A stretch of 64,000 bases of DNA from the human T2T-CHM13v2.0 reference genome, Homo sapiens. The stretch lies in NCBI RefSeq assembly GCF_009914755.1, contig NC_060939.1; one strand, 5' to 3'. Below are positions 33,829 to 51,645 of this stretch, piece after piece. A model generated the notes under the pieces. The model was not told the origin of the DNA. It ran no database searches and saw only the letters and a list, made by a program, of their open reading frames with translations. A program made the position numbers and the translations under genes. How positions within the stretch are numbered: position 1 is the first letter of the stretch; each line of letters opens with the position of its first letter.

Positions 33829-35259
33829 TGTGTCCGGAATTGGTGGGTTCTTGGTCTCACTGACTTCAAGAATGACGCCGCAGACCCTCGCGGTGAGTGT
33901 TACAGCTCTTAAGGGGGCGCGTCTGGAGTTTGTTCCTTCTGACGTTCGGATGTGTTCGGAGTTTCTTCCTTCTGGTGGGTTCGTGGTCTCGCTGGCTCAG
34001 GAGTGAAGCTGCAGACCTTCACGGTGAGTGTTACAGCTCTTAAAGTGGCGTCTCTGGAGTTGTTCATTCCTCCCCCGGGGGCTCGCAGTCTTGCTGGCTT
34101 CAGGAATGAAGCTGCAGACTTTCCAGTGAGTGTTACAGCTCATAAAAGCAGCGTGGACCCAAAGACTGAGCAGTAGCAAGATTTATTGCAAAGAGCAAAA
34201 GAACAAAGCTTTCACAGCGTGGAAGGTGACCGGAGCGGGTTGCCACTGCTAGCTCGGGCAGCCTGCTTTTATTCTCTTATCTGGCCCCACCCACATCCTG
34301 CTGATTGGTAGAGCCCAGTGGTCTGTTTTGACAGGGCACTGATTGGTGCGTTTACAATCCCTGAGCTAGACACAAAGGTTCTCCACATCCCCACCAGATT
34401 AGCTAGATACAGAGTGTGGACACAAAGGTTCTCCAAGGCCCCACCAGAGTAGCTAGATACAGAGTGTCGATTGGTGCATTCACAAACCCTGAGCTAGACA
34501 CAGGGTGCTGATTGGTGTGTTTACAAACCTTGAGCTAGATACAGAGTGCTGATTGGTGTACTTACAATCCCTGAGCTAGACATAAAGGTTCTCCAAGGCC
34601 CCACCAGACTTAGGAGCCCAGCTGAGTTCACCCAGTGGATCCCGCACCCGGGCTGCAGGTGGAGCTGCCTGCCAGTCCCGCGCTGTGCGCCTGCACTCCT
34701 CAGCCCTTGGGTGTTCGATGGGACTGGGCGCTGTGGAGCAGGGGGTGGCGCTCGTCGAAGAGTCTCGGGCCGCACAGAAGCTCACGGAGGGGGTGGGAGG
34801 CTCAGGCATGGCGGGCTGCAGGTCCCGAGCCCTGCCCCACGGGAAGGCAGCTAAGGCCCAGCGAGAAATCGAGCGCAGCGCCGGTGGGCTGGCACTGCTG
34901 GGGGACCCAGTACACCCTCTGCAGCTGCTGGCCCGGGTGCTAAGCCCCTCATTGCCCGGGGCCGGCAGGGCCGGCCGGCTGCTCTGAGTGCAGGGCCCGC
35001 CAAGCCCACGCCCACCCGGAACTACAGCTGGCCTGCAAGCGCCTCGCCGTAGCCCCGGTTCCCGCTGGCGCCTCTCCTTCCACACCTCCCGGCAAGCTGA
35101 GGGAGCCGGCTCCGGCCTTGGCCAGCCCAGAAAGGGGCTCCCACAGTGCAGCGGTGGGCTGAAGGGCTCCTCAAGTCCCGCCGGAGTGGTAGCCCAGCCA
35201 GAGGAGGCGCCGAGAGCGAGCAAGGGCTGTGAGGACTGCCAGCACGCTGTCACCTCTCG
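33829..35259 (-). mobile_element. ERV9 solo LTR, LTR12C-type
   Basis: Reverse complement begins (C)GAGAGGTGACAGCGTGCTGGCAGTCCTCACAGC and ends CCACCAATTCCGGACACA. CpG-rich U3, tandem CCAAT/GATA enhancer repeats, U5 repeats. No clean TSD seen. Confidence 0.93.
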
Positions 35260-35827
35260 TAAGAAGTTACTAGGAACTCCAGCTAGGAAGTGAGCCTTAG
35301 ACATAAACAGCGAATGAAACAATACTGTTTTGTAAATCAAGTTTTTCTTGTGTCCCAGGCTCTGTGCTAAAGCATTTTATGCACATTCTCTCATTCAGTC
35401 CTCATGCAACCTTATCAAAACCACTATTATCGTTTTTTATAGACCAGGACACTAAGACACACAGATATTAACTTGCCTAAGGTGGCCAAAGGGGCAGCAA
35501 ATGACAGAGCCAGGCTTTGCACCCAAGCAACACCACCTGTCAGAGCCACCAGCCGTGTATGGGACTGAGGAGAGACGGCCACTCTCACTGGCAGGATCAG
35601 GAGTGGCTTCCTGGTGAAGGGGACTTGTCAGTGGCGCCAGGATTGAAGGCACTGAGTTTTGGGCCATGAGAATTCTAGGAACAAAGGTAGAAAAGTGCAA
35701 GGCACATGGAGTGACTGAGGAGGACGGTGCCAGGCCAGGAGAGGAGGGTGTAGACCTGGATTGAGTGGAAGGAAATGCAGTTTCATAGGCTAGAGGCCTT
35801 GCTGCCAGGCTAAAGTTTGGGGGCTTG

Positions 35828-36392
35828 TGCTAGGCAGAATTATGGCCCCAAAGATGTCCATGTTTGGCTGGGTGCGGTGGCTCACACCTGTAATCCCAGC
35901 ACTTTGGGAGGCCAGGGTGGGAAGATTGATTGAGCCCAGGAATTAAAGACCAGCCTGGGCAACATAGCGAGACCCTGTCTTTACAAAAAATTTTAAAAAG
36001 AAAATTAGCCAGGTGTGGTAGCGTGCACCTGTAGTCCCAGGTATTTGGAAGGGTGAGGTGGGAGGATCGCTTGAGCCATGGTTGTGCCACTGCACTCCAG
36101 CCTGGGTGACAGAGTGAGACTCCATCTCAAAGGAAGGGAGGGAGGGAGGGAGGGAAAGAAAGAAAGAGAGGAGGCCGTAAGCCAAGGAATGCAGGTGGCT
36201 TCTAGAAGCTGAAAAAGCAAGGAGACAGATTATCTATCCCCTAGAGCCTCCGGGAGGAATACAGCCCTGTGAACACCTTGATTTTTAGCTCAGTGAGACT
36301 TGCTTTGGATTTCTGACCTGTGTGATAAGTGTATGTTGTTTCAAACCACTAAGTGTGGTCATTTGCTAGAGCAGTTACAGGAAATTAATACA
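35828..36392 (+). mobile_element. MLT1 LTR interrupted by an Alu
   Basis: tgtgctaggcagaattatggccccaaagatgtcc ... ccctagagcctccgggagg ... ggaaattaataca. Confidence 0.7.
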
Positions 36393-36959
36393 GCACCCTT
36401 ACCTGAGCACCACATGGGCACTGGGGCTTCCAGCAACATTGTCCGATTGGCATTTTAGAAAGCTGGATTCAAATATTTACCGAGCTTTCTGCATGCCAGG
36501 ACCATGCTAGGCCAAGGGGAGATAGTGCAAAAGAGAGGTGCAGCCCCTGCCTTGGGTGGGGCTGTAGCATCATTGGAGGCCACTCCAGCTGCCACACTGG
36601 ATTAGAAGACAGTGCAGGATGAGCAGATTATCACTAACTGGCAGCCCAAACAGAAGCAGTTCCTAACTGGCAGCTGCAGAGCTTTTGTTTAATTGAGAAA
36701 AGACTTATCTGAAGGGCTCAGAGGAGAGCACTTTTCAACAGCTGTGCCAGAGCCAGCCCAGCAGCCACGTGGCTACAGCAAATTTATGCCATGGCTGTCC
36801 ACTGCCCTTTCTCAGCAGGGCAGCCTAAGGGTCTCATAGGAATGAGGGGTGGGGTGGGGTGGGGGTCACCTGAGGTTTCTCAAAGCACCAAGCAGGAGTC
36901 TCCACTGGTGGGAGTAGTGTGCTGGAAGAAGGTAAGAGGGGCATTGAGGTGCCACCCCC

Positions 36960-37500
36960 AGCCCATACCCCAGTTCCACTCCCAAGGGTATATCCAAGAG
37001 AAGTGTGAACATACATGTGCTAAAATATACACCCCAGAATGTTTGTGGCAGAGTCATAATAGCCTCAAACTAGAAGCAACCCCAATGTCCACCAAGAGTA
37101 GAATGGGTGGCTAAACTGTGGTATGTTCCTACAACAGAACACTGAACAGCAATGAGAATGAATGAGCCATCATGAAACCCAGCAACATTGATAATTCTCA
37201 CCAACTTGATATTGAGCAAATGAAGCCAGATACAAAAGATCTATTACATGGCTCTGTGTACTTAATGTTCACAAAGAGGCAAAATGAATCTGCATGCTGG
37301 AAGTCAGGATAGGGTTCCCCTGGGGCAACCTGGAGGGCATAGTGATTGGGAGATGGCACAGGGGCTTCTGGAGTGCTGGCAATGTTTTCTTTCTGATTCA
37401 GGGCGGGGGTTAAATAGGCGTGTCTGCTTTGTAACAATTTATTGTACTACACACTTATGGATTGTGCATTTTCTTTGTGTACCTTATATTATGGTAAGTT
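36960..37500 (+). mobile_element. Old L1 (L1MC/ME) 3' end
   Basis: aactagaagcaaccccaatgtcc, ggggcttctggagtgctggcaatgttttctttctga. Confidence 0.7.
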
Positions 37501-37771
37501 TATTTTTTAAATTATTAATGAATGTACTACAGTGCTGGGGGTTATTCTGGTGGCTGTGTGATGTAGGAGGCATTGGCTTAGAGTTAGAAGGCCCAGGTTC
37601 CAGCCTTAACGTGCCTAGATTATGATGCTGTGCACACTGGGCAAGTTGTGGCCCCTTTTTGGGTCTCAGTTTCCTCTATCCATGAATTGGGAGGGTGTAT
37701 ATGTGGGTTATATGATTTTTGCAGAAATTCAGCAGAATGCTGGAACTGTAGCTAACCTGAGTCCTTATTTT

Positions 37772-37773
<2 letters not shown>

Positions 37774-37830
<57 letters not shown>
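37774..37830. repeat. (GA)n microsatellite
   Basis: Directly visible. Confidence 0.97.
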
Positions 37831-37831
<1 letters not shown>

Positions 37832-38674
37832 CCCAAGACTTTGTTGGAACTGGAGATGTTTTCCTGCTTCCTTGTTACAGTGGTCATGCGATGATTTGGC
37901 TCCATTACTAACGGCCCAATTATTTGACCTTGGCCTCAGAGACAGGTGTGTGGTGGACTGGAAAGAACATGGTGGATTTTGGCAGGGTCCCCACTTTAGT
38001 TGTTCCTGAACTTGGGCAAATTACTGCACCTCCCGCACTCTTCCTTCTGTTACTAGTAAAGTGCAGGCGCCCATGCCCACCCTACTGGACGGATGGGAAG
38101 ATGAAGTGAAAAATGCCCCCAGCTGTTGGAAGCTGGGAGCCCTGGGAAAGCAGACCCCACCTTTACAGATCACAGGGACCTTATCCTGAGAGCCTCACCT
38201 CACCAAGGGGGGCCTCAGGCCTGCCCCTGCCCATGAGGCCCAGAGAGTGGGGGTTGGGGAGGGATTGCAGGGTGAGGCGGCTGCTCTATGGCCCTCTGGC
38301 GAGGGGCCTGGGCTAATGCCTTGGGGGTCTGTCATCCCTTCCATGTGGTTTCCCACTGCCTTGTGTGAACAGCAGATGCCAGGAGAGCCTTGATAAGCTG
38401 AATGGAGGTCCAGCCTTTCATACTGCGCACAGCTCAGTATGAGAGGACATGAGAAATGGGTAAGGATCTTGACGTGTGAGAAACAGCTGGAGAAACTGCT
38501 GGAGTTGAAGCCAAGTCGCTCAGAGAAGACCCCAAGAGCCATGGGCCACTGCTTTTGCAAATCCAATGGACTCTCCGGATTCTCTGGCCTTTTGTGTGGA
38601 GGCTAGTGTTTCTCTGTCTCTGATTCGTTCTCAGAGAATCCAAATCTGCTTATTTTAAATGGTTTTCTTTTCTA

Positions 38675-39362
<688 letters not shown>

Positions 39363-40244
39363 TCACTCATCATTTCATCATCTGGAGATTGCTATTGTTA
39401 ACATTTTTGTGTATGTACTTCAGATTTATATATGTGATCACCAGGTATATTTGATCAGCCAGGATGTTTGGTTGCAGGCAACAGAAACTGGCTCTGGCTA
39501 GCTACATTAGTTAAGGCACAGTTGGCTGCTGTACTAGGAAAATCCCCAAATAACAGTTGCTTTATACAACACAAATGTATTTCTTGCCCACATAAAGCCC
39601 GACACAGTGGTTCCTGCTGGATAGAGGGGAGTGGAGGCAGCTCTGGATCACAGTCACTCAGTACAGGACCCAGGCCAAGGGTGGCCCCACCCATTCAATG
39701 CCTGGCTTCCTAGGTGACCAGCCAACATGTCTAGCAGGCGGGCGAAGAGAGCATGCAGAGGATTCTGCGGACCTGAAGGGGTGTCCATACTGTTCCTTCT
39801 CTTTCCGTTGGCCAGAATTCAGTCACATAGCCATACCTAACAAAAGGCTGTTGGAGGACTCGCAGAATTGACAGGAGGCTGGGGCACCAGGCTTGAGATT
39901 GAGCAGTTTCCAGGGAGCTCCAGGGAGTCAGGAAGCAGGAAGCAATACACATGGCGACCACCTCGTCAGCCAGGCAGAGCCCACCTGTCACCCCCAGCCC
40001 CATCACAGCTGTCAAGAATCGCCTCCAATTCCTCTTGGCTCCTCCAATTCCTCTTGATGTCACTCTCTCAGGATCCAGTGTCCTAGAAGAACGCATCTAT
40101 CTTGTTAGGAATCCCCAGATCATGCCCTCATCCCTGGCCGCACCAGGGCCAGGAGAGGCCGGATCTTGTCCCTGAACCTTGTCATGGGAGGCAGGCATTT
40201 CCTATGGCTGGGCTCACCCCTCTCCCTCCCCAGGAGAGATAATT

Positions 40245-40650
40245 TCTTTTTTCTTCCGGTTTTATTGCAGTAGAATTGACCAAAAAATGTATACATATTT
40301 AAGGTGTACAATGTGATAATGTGATATATGTATACATTGTAAAGTGATTACCACAATCAAGCTAATGAACACATCCATCCGCTCATATAGTTACTTTTTG
40401 TGTGTGTGGTGAGGACACTTAAGATCTACTCTTAGAGAATTCCAAGTATGCAACACGCTATTATTAACTATAGTCACCATTCTGTTCATTAGATCCCCAA
40501 AACTTATTCCTCTTACAACTGAAGCTTTGTACCCTTTGACCAACATCTCCCCTTTCCTGTCCTCCACCCCTCACCCCTGGCAACCACCATTCTACTCTCT
40601 GCTATGAGTTTGATTTTTCAAGATTCCACATATAAGTGAGTTAAAGCAGT
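40245..40650 (-). mobile_element. L1MA/MB 3' end, antisense
   Basis: tgtatacatatttaaggtgtacaatgtgat...cctggcaaccaccattctactctctg. Confidence 0.8.
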
Positions 40651-41051
40651 GTTTGTCAATACTGACAAATAGACAATTTTCTGAGGGCCTGTTGAGAAAG
40701 AGGATTGGTGCTGGACAGTCAAAAATAACAATGTTTTCTATTATCTCACTATACTGTGTTATTGGGTCTGGGATCCTGCCCATTCTGCCAGTGCCCCCAC
40801 CCACCCACGCACCTGCTGAGTGGCCATAGCTGTCCTGGGTTTCTACAGCCACAGAGAGAAGTCAGAGCACCTGGGAAATGGAATTGCCCAGAAGCCTCAT
40901 GGAAAGGAGCCATGTAGAGTCCAGGGTGGCTCAAAGCTGTAATGTCCCACAAGGTTTCCATGTTAAGCCCCCAAATACACCAAGACAACTTCCCCAGCCC
41001 TCTCCATCACCAACGCAACCCATGGCTGACAAAAAGCAGTGAGAGGAATAG

Positions 41052-42145
<1,094 letters not shown>

Positions 42146-42275
42146 AATCTTGATAAATAAATAAAAGATACTCTGTAGTGCTGCCAAATATTCAGAGCAA
42201 CTGGAACTCATCTACATGGCATACATATTCCATTGTATACAATGCAATAACCATTTTGAAAAACTGCTTAGCAGT

Positions 42276-42854
42276 TGTGAAATAATAAGAAATATACATG
42301 TTGGTTTCTGCCCCCAGTTCCTGGCCCAGAGCTACTAAAACTCTTGTAATTTCCTTAGGAAAATAGGAGTGCCAGGAGGATCTTTTGTTCTAATATTTAG
42401 TCTTTGATCCAGATTCCTAACACAGAGCTCCTACATCCCAGGGAATGTCCTGGGTGATAGGACCGTCTTTTGTTCTAACAAAGTGACTCTTCATGGGCTC
42501 CTGAATTGCCTCAAGATGACAGCTGGTTGCCAGGAGAACCAACCGTGCGATTAAAGAATGGAACTCGGCCAGTGTGGTGGCCCATTCCTATAATCCCAGC
42601 ATTTTAGGAGGCTGAGGTGGGAGGATTGCTTGAGCACAGGAGTTCAAGACCAGCCTGGGCAACATAGTGAGTGAGACTTTATCTCTACTAAAAATAAAAA
42701 ATTGGCTGCGTATGGTGGCATGAACTTGTAGTCCCAGCTACTCAGGAGGCTGAGGCAGGAGGATCACTTGAACCCGGGAGTTTGAGGTTGCAGTAAACTA
42801 TGATTGAGCCACTGCACTCAAGTCTGGACAATATAGCAAGACTCTGTCTCTCTC

Positions 42855-42885
<31 letters not shown>

Positions 42886-43470
42886 AACTCCCAGCCCTGC
42901 CTCCCTGACCACCCTGGTGGAGGGCAGAAGGGCTGGAGATTGAGTTAATCACTGAGGCCAATGATGTAATCCATCATACCTATGTAATGAAGCCTCCATA
43001 ACAGTTCAAATGGACAGGGTTCGGAAGAGCTTCCAGACAGCTGAACATGTGGAGGTTCCTGGAGGGTGGTGCATGCAGGGAGGGCATGGAAGCTCTGCTC
43101 CCCTCCCCACAGGCCTCGCTCCGTGCATCTTTTCCACGAATGCTGTTCATCTGCATTCTTCGTAACAGCCTGTATAATAAACTGGTAAACATAACTAAAG
43201 TGTTTCCGGAGTTCTATGAACTGCTCTAGCAAATTAATTGAACCCAAGGAGGGGGTTGTGGAAACCCCAATTCATAGCTGGCCAGAGGCACAGGTTGTGA
43301 TTGGCATCTAAAGTGGGAGGGCATCTAAAGTCTTGCGATACTGACCTGTGGGGTCTGAGGCTATCTCCAGGTAGGCAGTGTCAGAATTGAGTTAGAGGAC
43401 ACCCAGCTGATGTCCACTGCAGAACAGCTTGCTTGGTTGTCAGTGAGGCAAGACCTCACACAGCAGTAAC
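42276..43470 (+). mobile_element. MER21-like LTR with inserted Alu, within old L1
   Basis: tgtgaaataataagaaatata...cctatgtaatgaagcctccataa...gtcagaattgagttagaggacacccagctg. Confidence 0.65.
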
Positions 43471-44393
43471 ACAGACACCTATTCTGTGACCCGGTAAATC
43501 CACTCTCAGGTATGAGAGTGGATGAGAAATGAAACCACACATTCACACAAAGATTCATGCAAGCAGCTTTATACATGGTAGACTGAAACAGTAAGCAACC
43601 CAAATGCCCATCATCAGGATAATGAATAAACACATCGTGGTATATCCATGCAATAGAATATTTCTCATCAGGACAAATGGACTAATGAGACAGACATGTA
43701 GGGCCATGGACAAATCTCAAAAAGGTGTAATGAATAAAAGAAACCAGACTAAAAACATCTCCTACCATATGGTTCCATTTATACGGAACTCAAGAATAGA
43801 CAAATATAGTCTGTGGTGACAGAACTCAAAAGAATGCGGAAACTTTCAGGGGTGACAGAAGTACCTATATCTTGATCCAGGTGGTCACATAGGTCTACAC
43901 ATGTGAGCAGCCCACTTAAGCTTTGTGCATTTTACTGTATGTGATTTATATATAAAGTATTATGAAAATTTAAAAATTAATATAGGTGGTCCCCTTTCAG
44001 GTTACAATGGTCCCTTTCTGTGAATGCTTACCTGTCCCAGGCCTGGCTCCCCAGGTCTGCCCTCTGGTTCCTGGGTGTGTAGGAGGATTGACTGTTTCTT
44101 CCTGGATGCTGGACCACCCAAGGTGGGGACACCTGTCACCCAGTCCCAGCTGGTCCTGATGGCCTGCTCTGTGAGGCCTGCAGCAGGTGAACATGGGGCA
44201 TTCTTTCTCTCCACTGTACAGGGACCCATGATTCCCTTATTGATTCAGCTGTTCCTCGGTCCTCATTGGCAAAGAATGGTATCATGTATTATTGTCTTAA
44301 TTGGCATTTCTTGGATTAGTAGTGATAGTAGTGAGGCTGAGCTTCTAAAATATGGTTACTGGACATCTTTATCTATTTATTCAGAGCCTGACT

Positions 44394-44424
<31 letters not shown>

Positions 44425-44717
44425 TTTTTTGAGACAAGTTCTCACTCTGTTGCTCAGGCTGGAGTGCAGTGGTACATTCAGGGCTCACTGCAGCCTCAAC
44501 CTCCCCAGCTCACTCAAGCAATCCTCCCACCTCAGCCTCCCAAGTAGCTGAAACTGCAGGTGCACACCACCACATCTGGGTAATTTTTTTCTATTTTTGT
44601 AGAGATAGGGTGTCACTATGCTGCCCGGGCTGGTCTCAAACTCCTGGACTCAAGCAATCCTCCTGCCTTGACCTCCCAAAGTGCTGGGATTATAGGTGAC
44701 AGCCACCATGCCTGGCC
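44394..44717 (-). mobile_element. AluJ with (TTTA)n end
   Basis: TSD agagcctgac. Confidence 0.93.
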
Positions 44718-45200
44718 AGAGCCTGACATTTTCTAGGGCCTGGTTCCACATAATGGTTAACAGCGAAAAAGAAAGGAAAGATGTATTTTTGCCAAGCAAG
44801 CATTTCTGAAGGATATATATATTTTTTGCAACAAGATTCTGTTCTTCTTTCTTCTGTGCCTTTCCCAGGAGGGAGTATCTTTTTGAGGGGTAATTTTTTG
44901 TGACAACAACGACAGTAACAATAAAAAATGGAACCATCTGCTCATCCAGACTCAGTAAAATTGGCTTGAATGCCTCAAATTTGACAGCCCACAGCACTCC
45001 AAAGCTTTCCTCACAATCCTGTGCATTCTCTGGGGCAGAGGGTTCCATGGCCCCCTCTGCAGGTGTTCACCCCCTCCTTCCACGTTCACTCTACCCTGCA
45101 CACACACCCACACACACAAGCACCAAATATTTGTGAGTTTAGCAGACTGAAGATGGGCTGGGGTGGTGAGGAGACAGGAGGGCCTAGCAGGCTCACCTGA

Positions 45201-45611
<411 letters not shown>

Positions 45612-48600
45612 TAACAAATTCCTTTCCCATGTCATGCCAGGAAGTTTTGCCATTATCTTTTAAGACCCTGGCCTTAGAATCTCAAATACCTTATCAATGT
45701 ATTTTTTCCAAAGATAGTTCCCATTCTAAGAACAATTGAATGCCAGCTACTTAGAAGCACATTTAAAAATGTGACTCCACCATCATCATAATAGAATTGC
45801 AGTGTTTTTCTGCTTCTGAACAGATTTCAGGCTACTTCTCTCAACCTTCCAAGCTGGTGAACAGCACCACACTACTCTGACAGTGCAAACAGCGCTCTGA
45901 GGACTTGGAGCCAAGAAGGGTAAACTGAGTTCAGACCATGGAAAAACTTCAATGCCAGGGGAAGGATTTGGATTTCATTATTCTACTCAGTGATCCATCA
46001 AAGCTTCCAGAGTAGGTCTATGACTTCTGGAATGCAAGGAGAGTGACTGGAGAGGGCTAGGCAGAGGATGATGAGGGCTCACCTTAAAGCCAAGACAGGT
46101 CTGGGAGACTCTAAGGAACATCCACAAACTTTAATAATGGGGAAGGAGTGACAGAGGAGAGATGAGATGTCTCCAGGCTGGAGCCTGAGTATCTGAAGAT
46201 GAAGTCAACTTTCCTTCCTGGTCTGGAATAGTCTGTAATTTTCTAGGCACCATACTTAACACCGGCCACTACTGCTGAGATAGGACTGGCCGAGGCTGAG
46301 GAAATATCTGAAAAAAATCATTAAGTGTAGCTTTTACTGGACACACACACAAGGCACCCTATAACAAGGCACCCTATAACAGTGGCACTATTATGGTAAG
46401 TGTCTCAGCCAAGTTCCCCTGAAGGGTTTTCAGCCTCCCACCCTATTGGGCTTTTTGTATTTCCAAATAGAATCCTTCTAGGCAGATGCATGTATGGAGC
46501 TCTTTGTATCAAATAACAACAATGGCCAGTATTTATTGAACACTGTGCCAAGCACTGTCCAAGAGCTTTTCATCCTATAATTTATATACACACGTGTGGG
46601 TGTGTATACACACACACACACACACATAACCTTTTATATTCCTCACAACCCCCTGAGGTAGGTATTTTTTTACAGATAAGAAATTGAGGCAGAGAAGTTA
46701 AGTAACTTGCCCAAGGTCACGCAGCTAAGAAGTGATGGAGCCAGTATCACAACTGAAGCGCTGATGGGTTTATTTTCTGGAAAAAAACAAACTAGGAGAC
46801 AGCAGAACAGGCCTGTGGCCCCAGCTTAACTGCAGACCAATACAAGCTTGAGCAGGCTTTTAAATATATACTCTTTCATGAGGATATTTTTGGGAGCAAT
46901 AGATACGCTCACGTCTCGATTAAGATGGTGGTTTCATGGGTATATACATATATCGAAACTGATCAAGCAGTACACTTTAAATAGGTGCAATTCATTGTGT
47001 GTCAGCTGTTTTTATAAACTTTTTTTTTAAAAAAACTGATAGCTATTATATGATGGAATTAAAATATTTGTAATATTTCTACAGTAACTCTCAATTATGA
47101 GACTCCATTACGACATTCAAGCATATAAAATCCATGGTTCATTTCTGAATCTAAGGACTGCTTTGAGGATTTTGCTATGCCTCAGAGGAGCAAAATGTCT
47201 CCAAATTGAAACTGAGAGCTACAATGACTCAAGAAATGTTTTATAATCTGGCATTACTGAAAATAGAACACAAAGTATGCAAAGATGTTGTCTGTAACAA
47301 CATAGAGATATTGCTGAAATAAAGTTAAAAAAATAAAATTTATGAAATAAATATACAACAAAAATTTTAAAGTACACCCCCCACCTTTGCTGCCCTAAGG
47401 ATAAAATCCCACTCTGCCCTGAAGGCCATGCCCCCTCTCCATCACTGTTCCAGAAACACTGGTTCCTTTCTGGTTCTTCACACCTTGCGGCCTTCACACG
47501 TGCTGTTGCCTGTGCCTAGAACTCCCTAACCCGAGTCCTGCACGCCTGGCTCCTTCTCAACCTCCAGGATTCATGCGAAGGTCATCTCCTCCTTCTGACC
47601 ACCCAGAATTCAAAAGGACACTTTTCCTTTGCTCCTACAGTTAGAGCTTTATTTCTAGATTTTTTCTTGTCCTCTGTGTGGGGGAGACAGGATCTGTTCC
47701 CCGGTGTGCTCCAAAGCCTCTTGCAACACTGGACACAAAAGGCACTTTACATATCTGTTGGAAGGATGGAGGGATGTCTTCTCTCTGGACTCTGGGACCT
47801 CAAAAGATGGGTGCCCTGATGAGAAAACCTCAGAATTTTGTCTCTAAAGCCCAAATATGTGGCAGGATGACCACTCCCTCACTTTCTTAGTTTTTTTCTC
47901 CCCAAACAGAGGCAGCCCCAACCTCTGGTGACAGCAACTCTGGGTAAAGGCCAAGTTCCAGGAAGAAGTGACTTCTCAGAGACCAGGCCCTAACCCACAG
48001 GAATGTAGCCAGGGGCTCAGGTTTTATTGTTCAAGCAAGGTGGCAACGGTTAACTACTTCAGTGTGAGTTCTTAGAAAATTCTATGGGTTGGAATGCTAG
48101 CAAAATCAGCCCGTGCTAGGGGTCACCCAAAGTGGTTGGAGTCAGATGTTGAGGTGCAGCTAGTCTCTGAGCTCCTCGAGGACAGGCATAACCTTAATCT
48201 AGTGCTGTATTGTTGGTTCCCAGCACAGAGCCAGACACATAGCTGCTGTGCACAAATCCTGTTGTGATGAAATCAATAAATTTCATCGTGAGAACACGTG
48301 CTTTCTGCACATGGTAAGCCCTTTACACATTGTCTCCATTCATCTGTACAATAATTCTGTGAAGCAGATGTTCTTATCCCCATTTTGCAAAGGAGGAAAT
48401 GGATGTTCAGAGAAAGCTAATTTGCCCAGGGTCACACAGCCAGTGAGGGGCAAGGCCTCTCCAAGTGGAAATCCCTCCCAATATTAAAACAATGGCCTGA
48501 AATGACAACTGCTGTTTCGGGGGCCAATAAATTAATGTCCTCCCCTTGAAGTACTGGTCCCCCCCATTCCCAGCCTCTCTGCCACCCAGGCACTGTCTCC

Positions 48601-50057
48601 TCTACCCCTCGCTGCTCTGGCCTTGCATGATTTTGGTCCTCTCTGCTTTCTGGGTTCTCCTCTTGCTTCTCCGATGGCTGTTGCTCCTTCCACTTCCTAA
48701 AGACAGGCGCTCCCCAACGCTTTTCCTTGGAGCTCTCTTTCTCCTTCTATGCCCTCTCTCTGGGCTTGCCTCTACAAACCCGCATGCCCAGCTTGGGCCT
48801 CTCCCAGGAGGTCCAGATCCACCCAGCCCCCGGGGTCTGCTGCTAGTTACACCTCTCAGAACGCAGGTCCTGCTCTGAAACCTTCAATGGCTCCCCAGGG
48901 CCCAGGAGAGCAGCAAACTGCTCCTCAAGGCATTCAAGGCTCTAGCACACCTGTCCCTGCTTCCCTTCCAATTCAGAGCCTTCATCCATCTGTGCTCTCT
49001 GCCTTTATCCTGCTGTCCGTTCAGCATGGCTGCCCTCCCTTTCCCTGCTGCTAAAGGGAGCTCTAACTTCCTGGTCTATGGCACATGTCCCTCGTCCATG
49101 AAGTCCTTCCTGACCCCCCTCCCCAGGTAGGTGTGGCTTCTCCCTCTCAGAAGACTCCTTGAAGACCCCATCCCAGCATTCCTTGGGTAAAACCTACTTC
49201 CGTGCTTGCTTTGACTCTCCTTCTACACTGGGTCAGAAAGGAAGCCCCACGCTGCATCAAGGGACAATGGCTGTTCTGTATAATGTGGCTTCTTTGTCTA
49301 AAAGTCTCCCCAACTGTAGAATGAGATGGTAGAACTGGATCAGCATTTCCCAAATTTCTGTCATTCAAGTATCACCACTGTTGCTTTATTCTTGTACTAC
49401 AGGTACTATCATACACTTACTATTTATCTACTCTTTTTTAAAAGAATATAAAAAGGAAACCATACATTGCTTACTGTGAGTGGAAAGTCAGTGTCACTTT
49501 TAATAAAAGTTGCAGTAATGAAAAGGTCATCATGAAAATAAACACATAACTGACAAAATAAGAAATGTCTGTGTAATGCCTCCAATCCTCCCAAGCATAA
49601 TTCTGGGAAATAATCTACTAGATTGTCAGAGGCTTTGTCTAAGATAAACAAAGCTGAACAGTAGTTAAAATTGTAAGGACAGAATTTAATCAGTCATAAC
49701 TATTGCAATAGGGAAAACAATCTAGTATGAACTGAGCTCAATATCGATTTGTACGAAAAGTAATTGGGCATTTTGAAAAGAACATGAGGGAATAGGGAGA
49801 AGGACAAGCAGCAGTTTAACAGAATCAGGGAAGTGAAAAATGACAAAGGGTTGGTCAGTGTAAGTGACATTAGGCCAGCTGTGTCTGCTAGCTGCCAATT
49901 GCCAAAGTTAGGATGCCGTTCTCCCAAAGAGACTGGGAGACAGAAGCTCTATCCTCAGGTGTTGGATGAAACAAAAACACAGTAAATATTTTGGCAGCCT
50001 TGAGTTTTCTCAGGCAGGCACTTTAAGAGGGGGTAGTGGGGCCAGGGTCACCTTAGG

Positions 50058-50975
<918 letters not shown>

Positions 50976-51469
50976 ATCTTAAGGATGTGACGTTGAATTA
51001 TTAGAAACTGTGTTGCTGTCTGTTCAGTCTTTATAGGCCAAGACTGAAGCCTAGTTGAGAAGAGGGCTCATAGGAGCCTGGCTAAGTTCCATCAAGAAGA
51101 GAATCACTATCAGCTTCTATACCTTAGCCCCTGCCCGCACCCCCCCACCCCCAAAAAGCATCAATATTGTGACTATATACCAGGTGTTTCACAAAGTTAT
51201 GAAGTAGTTATAATTAATATCCTCATTAAAAGGTTAAGAAAACTGAGGCTCAGAAAGGTTAAGTTGTCTGCCCAAGGTTCCACAGCCAGAAGTAGCAGTG
51301 CTGGGATTTGAACCTAGGTCTAAGTCTCACTGGTTCCAGAATTCACTGTCGTCCAAAGTGCATAGCTCCATTCTATGTTTCTAGGCTCTGTCTTTAAGCC
51401 ATCCCTCTCCTGCACATGCCCATTTTACGAATGCCTATGGTCCCGAGTACTAAATCTGGACAAGTATGT

Positions 51470-51645
51470 GACCCTGGGCAGTGGATCTCGGCTCTGGCTG
51501 TACCACCTGGGGAGCTTGAAAAACACTGATGCCTGGGCCTCACCCCTAGAAGCTCTAAGGTAACAGGTGTGGAGTGCAACCCAGAGGGATTTTTAGAAGA
51601 TTCCAGGTGATCTCTGTCAGGAGCCAGGTTTGAGACCCACTGCGC
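51470..51645. mobile_element. MER5A-like DNA transposon
   Basis: cacctggggagcttgaaaaacactgatgcctgggcctcacccc...ccaggtgat...gtttgagacccactg. Confidence 0.6.

Noticed and set aside
34340-34610. Regularly spaced ~40-50-bp repeats resembling an array
   Set aside because: Standard LTR12 U3 enhancer repeats, not CRISPR; eukaryotic context and no unique spacers
34576-35340. 254-aa minus-strand ORF
   Set aside because: Translation of the GC-rich LTR12C U3 region, a common spurious prediction
51590-51606. HSE-like GAAgaTTC upstream of DNAJA4
   Set aside because: Only two good units, inside a MER5A-like element; expected by chance
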